A DNA stretch of 64,000 nucleotides from Paracoccaceae bacterium (GTDB lineage: Bacteria; Pseudomonadota; Alphaproteobacteria; Rhodobacterales; Rhodobacteraceae), in NCBI GenBank assembly GCA_024642725.1, contig JAHEAO010000002.1, positions 8,430 to 72,429 of the forward strand, read 5' to 3'. Made by a program: the position numbers and the translations under genes. The notes beneath the pieces were generated by a model. That model saw only the letters and a list, made by a program, of their open reading frames with translations. It was not told the origin of the DNA and did no database searches. Below are positions 18,892 to 26,259 of this stretch, piece by piece (position 1 is the stretch's first letter; the number at the start of each line of letters is the position of its first letter).

Positions 18892-19686
18892 ATGAAAGTT
18901 CGCAGATTCCACAGTATTCCGAGTTTCAAGCAGGCTGTATCAGCTTTTGCCATGTGTGCAGTGCTGGCTGGCGGCGCAGGTTTCTTGGCCGGCTATACAT
19001 TTCCGGGCGCAGCTTTGGCCGACGATACCTCAGAAGGTCCAAAGAAAGACGAAGCGCCGGGCAATCAGGGCGGTCAGGGTCAGGGCGGTCAGGGCTCGCA
19101 GGCCGGTCAGGGTAATCAGGGTGGCGATGGCGCAGGCCAGGGTGGCCCCGGTGACGATTCCGATGGCAAAGGACCGCAGGCCGGTGGGCCCTCTGACGAT
19201 GGCAGCGGCGGCGGCAAACCCGCTTGGGCACAGGAAGGCATTCCGGAAGTCGAACTTGGTCGGCTAAGCGTCGCGCGATCCCCCGATCACGTGCTTGAAC
19301 GCGCCTTGGATGAAGCCGTCGCGACCCTGACCCCAGAGATGATCACCTTCTACAACCTTCCCCTCGATGGCGCTGGCGGCATCATCGACGAGTTGTCGAA
19401 CAACTGGGACAACATCACGATCTTCGACTCTCCGCTGCAGAACCTCGCTTTGCTCGAAGAATTGCTTGCGGGCGGTTCGACATCTCTGACCGGAGTGACC
19501 AACGACAGCGACACCTTGATGGCAGTGTTCCTTGGGGTCGCCTCTGACAAGAATGTTGCAGTTTCGGTAGACACGGTTGTGGCCATAGTCACGATTTTCG
19601 GCCTGACGATTTCCGAAGCCGACGCCGCGGCATTGGCTGAAGACGCCGAGGCCGTCCGGATCGCGGTTTTGGCCGGACACGGCTGA
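18892..19686 (+). CDS. secreted protein of unknown function, paralogue A (Gly/Gln-rich linker plus unassigned C-terminal domain)
   Basis: SD ggagga lies 7 nt before the ATG. The signal peptide ends ALA/DD. A low-complexity GNQGGQGQGGQGSQAGQGNQGG segment follows. The roughly 165-aa C-terminal domain aligns along its length with the next gene. Confidence 0.7.
   Translation: MKVRRFHSIPSFKQAVSAFAMCAVLAGGAGFLAGYTFPGAALADDTSEGPKKDEAPGNQGGQGQGGQGSQAGQGNQGGDGAGQGGPGDDSDGKGPQAGGPSDDGSGGGKPAWAQEGIPEVELGRLSVARSPDHVLERALDEAVATLTPEMITFYNLPLDGAGGIIDELSNNWDNITIFDSPLQNLALLEELLAGGSTSLTGVTNDSDTLMAVFLGVASDKNVAVSVDTVVAIVTIFGLTISEADAAALAEDAEAVRIAVLAGHG
19061..19150 (+). repeat. imperfect in-frame GGYCAGGGY microrepeat encoding (G-Q-G)n
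   Basis: The sequence is gcaatcagggcggtcagggtcagggcggtcagggctcgcaggccggtcagggtaatcagggtggcgatggcgcaggccagggtggcccc. Confidence 0.8.
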
Positions 19687-19696
19687 TCTGAGACGC

Positions 19697-19736
19697 CATC
19701 GGGCTCGGTACTTTCTGAGTTGCGACGAGCCCGATG
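19697..19736 (+). terminator. hairpin after paralogue A (11-bp perfect stem, no T tract)
   Basis: catcgggctcg-N18-cgagcccgatg starts 11 nt after the stop codon. Confidence 0.45.
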
Positions 19737-19900
19737 TCCCGCTGGTTGGCGGGGCACGCGAGGGGAGTATTGGTTTCCCTGTATCGGTTCCCCCCCTCGC
19801 GAAGGCCGAGCCTGCCGCAGTTGAGCCCCCCAGGTGTTGCTGCGGCAGGCGACCAGCCAGAAAGAACTGCACTGTCAAATTGAATCCTTGGGAAGGCGCC

Positions 19901-20725
19901 ATGACCAACAGATTTTCAAAGACACTCTATTTCGGACTCCTGAGCGTTTCCGTTGCCGCTCTTTTAAGTCTCGGAGTTCAGGTTACCGATCGATATCCGG
20001 CCGCCTCGATGGTCGGCGCCGCTCAGGCAGAAGGTCACGAAAGCGGCGGCGGCGGGAAGAAGGGCGGCGGCGATGACCACAGCCACGAAGACGGTGACAG
20101 CGACGACCACGATCATGAAGACGGCGGGTCCGGCAAGGGTCCAAACGCCGGTGGCGAAGGGTCGCATGGCGAAGGATCGCATGGCGAAGACTCTGGTCAG
20201 GGCAAAGGCCAAGGGACCGGTCAGTCGGGATCCGCAGGCAAGGATGGCGCGGGCAAACGGCCGGTCTGGGCCAAGGAAGGCCTTCCGGAAGTTGAACTGG
20301 GCCGGCTGAATGTAGCCCGATCGCCAAGCCGCGTTCTGGATCGCGCCTATGTCGAAGCGCTGGCCGGGTTCAACGACACTGTGGCAGCATTCTACAGCCT
20401 GCCGCTGAGCGACGCCCTGACTGCCCTGAGAACAGATTTCGCGAACATCTCGTTTATCGATTCACCTTTGCAGAATCTTGCGCTGCTCCGCGATGCGCTG
20501 GATGGAACGTCGTCCCTGACGACCGAAGCCGGCGTCACGAACTCCAACGCGACCCTCATGTCGCTGTTCTTGGGGACCGCATCGGACAAGACGATCCCGA
20601 TTTCGCCCGAGACGGCCTATTCAGTTGCGGCGATGTTGGGGTTCGAGCTGTCGCAAGCCGCTGCCACATCGCTTGCCACCGACGCCGAGGCAGTGCGGCA
20701 GGCGTTGCTGGAAGGACACGGTTGA
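19901..20725 (+). CDS. secreted protein of unknown function, paralogue B (His/Asp/Gly-rich linker plus the same C-terminal domain)
   Basis: ATG at 19901 is preceded by gggaagg; the ORF-track start at 19880 is a TTG. The signal peptide ends AQA/EG. The linker is HESGGGGKKGGGDDHSHEDGDSDDHDHEDGG..GEGSHGEGSHGED. Like paralogue A, the C-terminal domain ends GHG-stop. Confidence 0.7.
   Translation: MTNRFSKTLYFGLLSVSVAALLSLGVQVTDRYPAASMVGAAQAEGHESGGGGKKGGGDDHSHEDGDSDDHDHEDGGSGKGPNAGGEGSHGEGSHGEDSGQGKGQGTGQSGSAGKDGAGKRPVWAKEGLPEVELGRLNVARSPSRVLDRAYVEALAGFNDTVAAFYSLPLSDALTALRTDFANISFIDSPLQNLALLRDALDGTSSLTTEAGVTNSNATLMSLFLGTASDKTIPISPETAYSVAAMLGFELSQAAATSLATDAEAVRQALLEGHG
20153..20194 (+). repeat. 15-bp in-frame tandem repeat (about 2.8 copies) encoding GEGSH
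   Basis: The copies are ggcgaagggtcgcat, ggcgaaggatcgcat and ggcgaagactct. Confidence 0.8.
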
Positions 20726-20813
20726 ACAACATATACGCCCGTTTCGGGCCGCGAATTTGAGTGAGTGGTGTCTCTGCGTTAACCTGAAAGAAAAAACAAT
20801 TGAGGTTGGAGAG

Positions 20814-21623
20814 ATGACAATCCCGCACAAGCGTTCGCTCGGAGTAATGGTGCTATTCGCCGTCATGTCCTTGGCTCCGGGCGCATCGGCGCAGGATCAG
20901 TCAGGCATTCTCGGTGGCCAGACCGGCAGCATCACTTATGGCCCCTACCTCAGATTGGCGCTTGGCGCGTCCGACCTTGCTGAAGACGAAGGGTACTGGC
21001 ACCCGCCCGGCGAAGCCGACCCGGATGTCTTCTTCGAATTATCAAGCGAAAGCGCCTGGACCGGAAGTGCCGCATTCGGCTTCGACTGGAACAACGGCTT
21101 TCGTGGCGATGTATCGTTCCTTGGCTTTAGCGGCGCGGACATCGACGCGCCATGGTCGCGGACCAGCCCCAGAAAGCCCGGACCACACGCCAACGTCGAA
21201 ACCAGCGTGAACTCCCGCGCGATGATGTTCACCGGACATTACTCTCCGCTGGAACAGATGGGCCGGTATGATGCCGTCCAGCCGTTCCTGTCGGCAGGTA
21301 TCGGCATCGCCTCCAACGAGATGGACAACTGGACAAGAACCAACCCCGGATCGACTCGGCCAAGCCGCACTTTCGAAGGTGACACGTCGCAAGACTTCGC
21401 TTGGTCTGTGGGATTCGGTGTCGCAATGGAAATCCAGCGCAACGGCGGCAAAAGGCCGATCATTCTTGAGACAGCGTATGGTTACTATGATCTCGGGACC
21501 ATGATCGGCGGCAACAAGGCGCTGATCAACGATGGCGATTCGCGGCCGAGGGACCCGTTCCAGTTCGACAACCGCCAACATGTCCTGTCTGTCGGGATCC
21601 GGATTCCGTTGACCAGATACTAA
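20814..21623 (+). CDS. small outer-membrane beta-barrel protein (OmpW/OmpA-beta-barrel-like)
   Basis: ATG at 20814 follows SD gaggttggagag. Signal peptide MTIPHKRSLGVMVLFAVMSLAPGASA. Amphipathic strands alternate along the sequence, and the terminus ...VGIRIPLTRY carries the aromatic last residue typical of OMPs. Confidence 0.75.
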   Translation: MTIPHKRSLGVMVLFAVMSLAPGASAQDQSGILGGQTGSITYGPYLRLALGASDLAEDEGYWHPPGEADPDVFFELSSESAWTGSAAFGFDWNNGFRGDVSFLGFSGADIDAPWSRTSPRKPGPHANVETSVNSRAMMFTGHYSPLEQMGRYDAVQPFLSAGIGIASNEMDNWTRTNPGSTRPSRTFEGDTSQDFAWSVGFGVAMEIQRNGGKRPIILETAYGYYDLGTMIGGNKALINDGDSRPRDPFQFDNRQHVLSVGIRIPLTRY

Positions 21624-21634
21624 GGTTGTCGGGC

Positions 21635-22336
21635 CTAGTCCGGCGCCAGCATGTAACCTTCGCCCCGGACCGTCTGCAGATAGCGGGGCTGTCTGGGGTC
21701 GGCTTCGATCTTGCGGCGCAGGCGGGTGATCTGCACATCAACCGCGCGCTCCTGCGCCTGACCCTTGTCGCGACCCAGCTTTTCGACGAGTTCGCTGCGG
21801 CTGACGGCTTCGGTCGGGACGGCAGAAAAAATCTTCATCAACTGGCTTTCCGTCGCTGTCAGGCGCACCATGTCGTCGCCCTGCCACATCTCGCCGCGTT
21901 CTACGTCATAGCGGATGGCTCCCAGATGCAGGACCTTGGGAATGCCGTTATCGGCAGGTTCCTGCGGCACCCGGCGCAGGATGGCATTGATCCGCAAAAG
22001 AAGCTCTTTCGGCTCGAACGGCTTGGGCAGATAGTCGTCCGCGCCCGCCTCGAACCCGGTGATCCGGTCGTGGGTCTCACCCTTGGCGGTCAACAGCAAT
22101 ATCGGCGTTTTCAGTGTCTCGCGCAGGGATTTTGTGAAACTCACGCCATCTTCGCCCGGCATCATCACGTCCAGAACGATCATATCGAAATCAAGGCCGG
22201 ACAGGATCCGCCGCGCATGCGCCGCATCGCGGGCTGCGGTCACATAGAACCCGTTGCGGATCAGGAATTTCTGCAACAGCCCCCGGATACGCTCGTCATC
22301 GTCAACGATCAGCAGATGCGCTTCGGAACCCATCAT
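21635..22336 (-). CDS. OmpR-family response regulator (arrangement resembles petR of Rhodobacter)
   Basis: The receiver domain has LLIVDDDERIR ... DMIVLDVMMPGEDG. The C-terminal winged helix has VDVQITRLRRKIE...YLQTVRGEGYML. Its start overlaps the stop of the upstream MarR gene in ATGA. No kinase gene is adjacent. Confidence 0.9.
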   Translation of the reverse strand: MMGSEAHLLIVDDDERIRGLLQKFLIRNGFYVTAARDAAHARRILSGLDFDMIVLDVMMPGEDGVSFTKSLRETLKTPILLLTAKGETHDRITGFEAGADDYLPKPFEPKELLLRINAILRRVPQEPADNGIPKVLHLGAIRYDVERGEMWQGDDMVRLTATESQLMKIFSAVPTEAVSRSELVEKLGRDKGQAQERAVDVQITRLRRKIEADPRQPRYLQTVRGEGYMLAPD

Positions 22337-22845
22337 GCGCCCGCATCCTTCAGCCTGTTGTACTGGTGGCGCATATCGGCATCCATCATCGCTTCCAGCA
22401 CCTGCCGGAACCCCGAAACAGCCTCTGGCCCCGCGGCACGGAATGCGGCCCGCATCCGGTTGCGCTGCGCTTCTGACAAGTCCCTCTCCAAATCCGATCC
22501 CTTCTGCGTCAGATAAAGGTGCCGTTCGCGCTTGTCGCGACGGCCCACTCTGCTCTCGACCAGACCATCCTCGATCAGGCTACGCAACACACGGTTAAGC
22601 GATTGCTTTGTAACGCCAAGGATCGACAGCAGGTTGTTCACCGTGGTCCCCGGGCTCCGGTTGATGAAATGCAGCGCCCTGTGATGCGCGCGCCCATAGG
22701 CGTAATTTTCCAGAATCCGGTCCGGATCGGCCGTGAATCCCCGATAGGCAAAGAACATCGCCTCGATGCCTTTTCTCAATTGCTCGTCGGTCAGGAACAG
22801 AAGGCTTTCACCCCCCGGACCGCCCAGCCCACCATGTTGAGACAT
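22333..22845 (-). CDS. MarR-family transcriptional regulator (petP-like position)
   Basis: The winged-helix region is TVNNLLSILGVTKQSLNRVLRSLIEDGLVESRVGRRDKRERHLYLT. The start is ATG 22845 with SD gagagg. Confidence 0.8.
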   Translation of the reverse strand: MSQHGGLGGPGGESLLFLTDEQLRKGIEAMFFAYRGFTADPDRILENYAYGRAHHRALHFINRSPGTTVNNLLSILGVTKQSLNRVLRSLIEDGLVESRVGRRDKRERHLYLTQKGSDLERDLSEAQRNRMRAAFRAAGPEAVSGFRQVLEAMMDADMRHQYNRLKDAGA

Positions 22846-23008
22846 CGGAACCTCTCGCAAATCTGCGATGATTTTATGTCAGCCTTGTTGACTTTCCAAG
22901 AATCAATTGTTAGCGATTCTCGGATTTCGCGTAATTTTATGTCCGAAACGGACCTAATTTGCGCAATATTTGCAAATTGGCCCTGGGCCGCTGTTGGAGG
23001 ATGCTGAA

Positions 23009-23878
23009 ATGGCAGGCGCTTATGATGATCGTGACGGCAAGATCTGGATGGACGGGAAACTCATCGAATGGCGCGATGCCAATGTGCATGTCCTGACACA
23101 TGCGCTGCACTACGCCTCATCCGTGTTCGAAGGTGAGCGCTGCTACAACGGCAAGATCTTCAAAGGTCACGAACATTCCGAACGCCTCCTGAAATCAGGC
23201 GAGCTGATGGACATGCCGATCCCCTACACCGCCGATGAAATCGACGCCGCCAAGGAAGCGATGCTCAAGGCCAACGGCTGGACCGATGCCTACGTCCGTG
23301 CCGTCGCGTGGCGCGGTTCGGGCGAAGACATGGGCGTATCGGCCAAGCGCAACCCGGTCCGCATGGCCGTCGCAGGTTGGGAATGGGGCAATTACTACGG
23401 TGACGCCAAGATGAAGGGCGCCAAGCTCGACATCGCCAAGTGGAAGCGCCCCAGCCCCGAAACAGCCCCCTCTCAGGCCAAGGCCGCCGGGCTCTACATG
23501 ATCTGCACGATGTCCAAGCACGCGGCAGAGGCGAAAGGCTGTTCGGACGCCATGATGTTCGATTATCGCGGCTATGTCGCCGAAGCGACCGGCGCCAACA
23601 TCTTTTTCGTCAAGGACGGCGAGGTCCACACTCCGCTGGCCGATGCTTTCCTGAACGGCCTGACCCGCCAGACTGTCATCGGAATGCTGCGCGACCTGCA
23701 GATCAAGGTGCACGAACGCCATATCATGCCCGAGGAACTGGAAAGCTTCGAACAGTGCTGGCTGACCGGTACCGCCGCCGAGGTCACCCCGGTCGGCCAG
23801 ATCGGCGACTACACGTTCGAAGTCGGCGCCCTGACGCGCAACATCTCCGAAAGCTACGAAAAGCTCGTGCGGCAGTAA
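23009..23878 (+). CDS. ilvE: branched-chain amino acid aminotransferase
   Basis: ATG 23009 follows ggagga. The sequence VLTHALHYASSVFEGERCY ... TGANIFFVKDGEVHTP ... LTGTAAEVTPV fits fold-type IV PLP aminotransferases. Confidence 0.9.
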   Translation: MAGAYDDRDGKIWMDGKLIEWRDANVHVLTHALHYASSVFEGERCYNGKIFKGHEHSERLLKSGELMDMPIPYTADEIDAAKEAMLKANGWTDAYVRAVAWRGSGEDMGVSAKRNPVRMAVAGWEWGNYYGDAKMKGAKLDIAKWKRPSPETAPSQAKAAGLYMICTMSKHAAEAKGCSDAMMFDYRGYVAEATGANIFFVKDGEVHTPLADAFLNGLTRQTVIGMLRDLQIKVHERHIMPEELESFEQCWLTGTAAEVTPVGQIGDYTFEVGALTRNISESYEKLVRQ

Positions 23879-23905
23879 TTCTGCCCGAATTAGACACTCG
23901 GCCCC

Positions 23906-23931
23906 ACACCCGCCAGCCCGCTGGCGGGTGT
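23906..23931 (+). terminator. hairpin after ilvE
   Basis: acacccgccag-cccg-ctggcgggtgt is an 11-bp perfect stem. It is followed by tcg and only a weak T tract. Confidence 0.5.
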
Positions 23932-24017
23932 TCGCACGTCCCCGTGCACGCCACGCCTTTCCATTTCCGTGGAATCACGGACCCTGCTAGCCTAGCTCTG
24001 AATCACGGAGCGCGCGC

Positions 24018-25169
24018 ATGTCCGGAAGTCCCACTGTCCTCGTCGGCACCACCAAGGGCGCCTTTCTTCTGCGACAGACCCCGGACGGTTGGCGCGCGAC
24101 CGGGCCGCATTGCGACGGCGCACCAATCAATCATGTCATCGGCGACCCCGGAACCGGCACGATCTGGGCAGGGGGCGGGGGCGACTGGCATGGCGCTGGT
24201 GTCTGGACCTCAACCGATGGTGGCGAAAGCTGGACCCATGCCAAGCTGACCAAGGGCAAGATGGATGACTGGGCCGCGAACGACCCCGACTTCGCCAAGA
24301 TGATCGGCTGGCAACCGAACGATCCGCCCTTCGCCGATCAGTTCACCCAAGTCTGGTCGCTCGGCCATGCGCATGGCGCGCTTTACGCCGGAACCAAACC
24401 CGCCACGCTTCTGAAAAGCAGCGACAATGGCGCCACTTGGGAAAAGCTGCAAAGCCTGAACGATCATCCCTCCGCCGAAAGCTGGAACCCCGGCGCGGCG
24501 GGTCTGACCCTGCACACCATCGTCCCCGACCCTGCCGATCCGGCGAAGCTCTGGCTCGGAATATCGGCCGCCGGAGTCTTTGCCACCGAAGACGGCGGAA
24601 AAAGCTGGGACAGGCGCAACAGGCTGTCGAATGCCGATGCCTGCACCCATCACGACCATCCGGCCGCCCCGCGCGGCGGCGAAACCGGGCATTGCGTGCA
24701 TAACATGGTGCGCGCCGACGCCACTGGCGATCTTTTGTACCAGCAGAACCACCACGGGGTCTTCCGCAGCCGCGACGGTGGCCGAAACTGGGATGATATC
24801 ACGGACGGCCTGCCGTCGACCTTCGGCTTCCCGATCGCCGTCGATCCCGACAACCCCGAGACGATCTATACGATCCCGCTGAACGGCGACAGCCAGGGCC
24901 GATTCCCGCCCGGCGCTTCCGCCGCAGTTTGGCGGTCCCGCGATGGCGGGGCAAGCTGGCAGGCGCTGCGCAATGGCCTGCCCCAGCAGGATTGCTTTTT
25001 CACCGTCCTGAGGCAGGCGATGGCAACCGGCGCATCTGGCGAAAACAGTGTCTATTTCGGAACAAATTCGGGGTCCGTCTTTGCAACGAGCAATGGCGGC
25101 GACACCTGGGCGGAAATTGCCCGGCACCTTCCGACAGTAACTTCAGTCGAAACGCTTTCATTTTCTTAA
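24018..25169 (+). CDS. BNR/Asp-box repeat beta-propeller protein (sialidase-like / glycoside-hydrolase-like fold)
   Basis: There are six S-x-D-x-G-x-x-W boxes: STDGGESW, SSDNGATW, TEDGGKSW, SRDGGRNW, SRDGGASW and SNGGDTW. No signal peptide is evident. Confidence 0.75.
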   Translation: MSGSPTVLVGTTKGAFLLRQTPDGWRATGPHCDGAPINHVIGDPGTGTIWAGGGGDWHGAGVWTSTDGGESWTHAKLTKGKMDDWAANDPDFAKMIGWQPNDPPFADQFTQVWSLGHAHGALYAGTKPATLLKSSDNGATWEKLQSLNDHPSAESWNPGAAGLTLHTIVPDPADPAKLWLGISAAGVFATEDGGKSWDRRNRLSNADACTHHDHPAAPRGGETGHCVHNMVRADATGDLLYQQNHHGVFRSRDGGRNWDDITDGLPSTFGFPIAVDPDNPETIYTIPLNGDSQGRFPPGASAAVWRSRDGGASWQALRNGLPQQDCFFTVLRQAMATGASGENSVYFGTNSGSVFATSNGGDTWAEIARHLPTVTSVETLSFS

Positions 25170-25220
25170 CGCTTCCTGAACCCGCACAGGGGCAGGCTGG
25201 GCCAACCAAAGGTCCTGCCC

Positions 25221-25640
25221 ATGCCTCATCTCAATCTCGTCCTGCCCGCCCTGATCCTTGCCGTCGCCCTGCCTGCGACCTCGGCCTACACCTATTACCG
25301 CGCCACGCGCGACCCGACGCTGCGGCCGCTCGGCGTCACCAAGGAAGAAATGGCGGCCAATGCCGGCGAAGAACACGCGCTCGACATCACGGTGCAGATC
25401 GACTGGGGCAGGGACACAGAATTTGGCGTTGCCCCGGATGAACTGGAACGTGCCCTGTCCCGCAGCCTGCAGGCCTTTGACGCCGATCACCACTTTCGCT
25501 TCAAAGACGTTCCCGGCGACGACGTGCTGGTGACCTATATCGTCGGATACAATCGCTTCGGACCGTATCACCCGACACAGGCCGCCGCAGGCATCCGCGG
25601 CGCACTCACTGCCTTGCAGATGGTGACGCCGGACGACTAG
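25221..25640 (+). CDS. hypothetical exported protein (139 aa)
   Basis: It has an N-terminal hydrophobic signal-like segment, MPHLNLVLPALILAVALPATSAY. I recognise no family. Confidence 0.45.
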   Translation: MPHLNLVLPALILAVALPATSAYTYYRATRDPTLRPLGVTKEEMAANAGEEHALDITVQIDWGRDTEFGVAPDELERALSRSLQAFDADHHFRFKDVPGDDVLVTYIVGYNRFGPYHPTQAAAGIRGALTALQMVTPDD

Positions 25641-25652
25641 GTCCGGCGTCAC
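25623..25652. terminator. 12-bp perfect hairpin spanning the stop of the 25221 ORF, between convergent genes
   Basis: The sequence is gtgacgccggac-gactag-gtccggcgtcac. Confidence 0.5.
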
Positions 25653-25657
25653 TTGAG

Positions 25658-26086
25658 TCACAGGTTCAAAACGACATGCGGCACGCCGTCAGACGTGCGC
25701 TCATACGAACGGCCACTGCCATCGACCACCTTCGTCACCCGGCTGCGGAAGTTCGAAAAGCTGTCGAAGGTCACCACGTCCACGGGTGCGTCAAACTCCA
25801 GCACGACCTGATAGCGACCCTCCGACAGGGTTTGCACGCCCGTAACCTCGGCCAGAAACCCCTGTTTCAGATAGCTGCCTTCCACGATCTGCCCAACCGA
25901 AACCGGCGGACGCGGACCGTTGCCCACGGCAGCATGCAGCGTGTTCCAGTCGCGGAACCCTAGGCTTTTGGCCACAAGCTCCAGCGCATGGCTGTGACTG
26001 ATATCACGACCTTCGGCACTCAGCGTTTTGCGCAGCGCTTTCGCCTGCGACTTCAATTGATCGAGCGACGGAACGATCCCGGTCAT
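25658..26086 (-). CDS. hypothetical protein (142 aa) with glyoxalase-related N-terminal helical segment
   Basis: Strong SD aaggag lies 6 nt before the ATG. I have seen the N-terminus LDQLKSQAKALRKTLSAEGRDISHSHALELVAKSLGFRDWNTLHA as a recurrent N-terminal module. The C-terminal half is unassigned. Confidence 0.55.
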   Translation of the reverse strand: MTGIVPSLDQLKSQAKALRKTLSAEGRDISHSHALELVAKSLGFRDWNTLHAAVGNGPRPPVSVGQIVEGSYLKQGFLAEVTGVQTLSEGRYQVVLEFDAPVDVVTFDSFSNFRSRVTKVVDGSGRSYERTSDGVPHVVLNL

Positions 26087-26259
26087 CTCGCACTCCTTTC
26101 CAATGGAAACGGTATCTCAAAGGTGGTGCCTGCATTGCCATCTGCCCGTCTCGAAAAGGTCGGCGGATGAATTTGTCAAAGGCTTCACCACGGATTTCTC
26201 CAGCAGGCGGCAGGGGCCTTCACCCTGAGCCGGGCAGATAGGCACGCCCTGACGCGCCG

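Noticed and set aside
19061-19150. Short repeated GGTCAGGG units, checked as a possible CRISPR or other non-coding repeat array
   Set aside because: The units are 9 nt, contiguous with no spacers, in frame within a coding region, and encode Gly-Gln-Gly. This is a coding microsatellite, not a CRISPR array.
19264-19908. 214-aa minus-strand ORF spanning paralogue A and the hairpin spacer
   Set aside because: It is antisense to a gene with a strong SD and a signal peptide. It crosses the structured intergenic region, and its composition is typical of a shadow ORF.
21626-22516. 296-aa plus-strand ORF over the response regulator and MarR genes
   Set aside because: The minus-strand frames give textbook receiver/winged-helix and MarR domains. 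The plus-strand translation has no motifs.
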